64,000 nt of DNA. Source: Selaginella moellendorffii. Taxonomy: Eukaryota; Plantae; Lycopodiophyta. Shown piece by piece: positions 63,700-64,000 of this stretch. A program made the position numbers and the translations under genes. Position 1 is the first letter of the stretch, and the number at the start of each line of letters is the position of its first letter. The stretch covers positions 186,001 through 250,000 of the forward strand of contig NW_003314413.1 of assembly GCF_000143415.4 (NCBI RefSeq), read 5' to 3'. The notes beneath the pieces are model-generated. The model saw only the letters and a program-made list of their open reading frames with translations, searched no databases and was not told where the DNA came from.

Positions 63700-64000
63700 C
63701 TAAAGCTGCCGAAGTTTCAACTTGCCAACGTAGTTCCTGGCCAAGTTTCCCAGATAGAGATAATCGCCGACTTCCAAGGCCGTCGTCACCAAGGCTATCA
63801 ACTTCCCTGTCGGATCTTCATAGAATGCCAGCGGCACCCCATCTTGGCCAACTGCTAGAACTTTGGCCATCTTTGAGGACGCGGAGATCTTCTGCAGCAC
63901 ACCCGGAAGGGCCAAGATGTGCTTCAGTGGTGCTATCTTCATTAAAGTGTCAGTCAGCCTTGTCCTTCCCTGAAGTCAGTGTCCACATGAAGTCTGATTG
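63700..64000 (-). CDS. Second SSL gene, last exon 63700-63969 (rest lies beyond the window)
   Basis: MAKVLAV..PLAFYEDPTGK..LEVGDYLYLG, paralogous to 60841-61120. Confidence 0.85.

Overview
Eukaryotic plant nuclear DNA. It is very gene-dense, with many 45-65 nt GT-AG introns and truncated PLS-type PPR genes, which suggests the lycophyte Selaginella (inference, not confirmed). From ~2.6 to 38 kb: two tandem catechol-O-methyltransferase (COMT)-type genes, a REF/SRPP (LDAP) gene, a decayed HMA5-like Cu-ATPase, dynamin DRP2, a PPR gene, L-lactate dehydrogenase, a plastid L29-like protein, a SWEET transporter, a PWI+RRM protein, a GATA factor, a coiled-coil gene and an LRR-XI receptor kinase. The tail-to-tail junction of the last two occurs three times. 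From ~38.7 to 48.2 kb and ~53.3 to 60.8 kb are AT-rich nests of LTR retroelements. These flank a matrix metalloprotease and fibrillarin, and are followed by strictosidine-synthase-like genes and a frameshifted GH18 chitinase. Most notable: (1) a chromodomain Gypsy element whose integrase reading frame is interrupted by small host-sized spliceosomal introns; (2) a 195-bp solo LTR with a perfect 5-bp target-site duplication (TSD) that carries a 5S rRNA-derived Pol III promoter (Cassandra-like); (3) a short-LTR Gypsy family with 4-bp TSDs and a tRNA-Ala-like primer binding site (PBS); (4) actinobacterial/animal-type COMT genes in a plant. All similarity calls come from recognising motifs by eye; no database searches were run.
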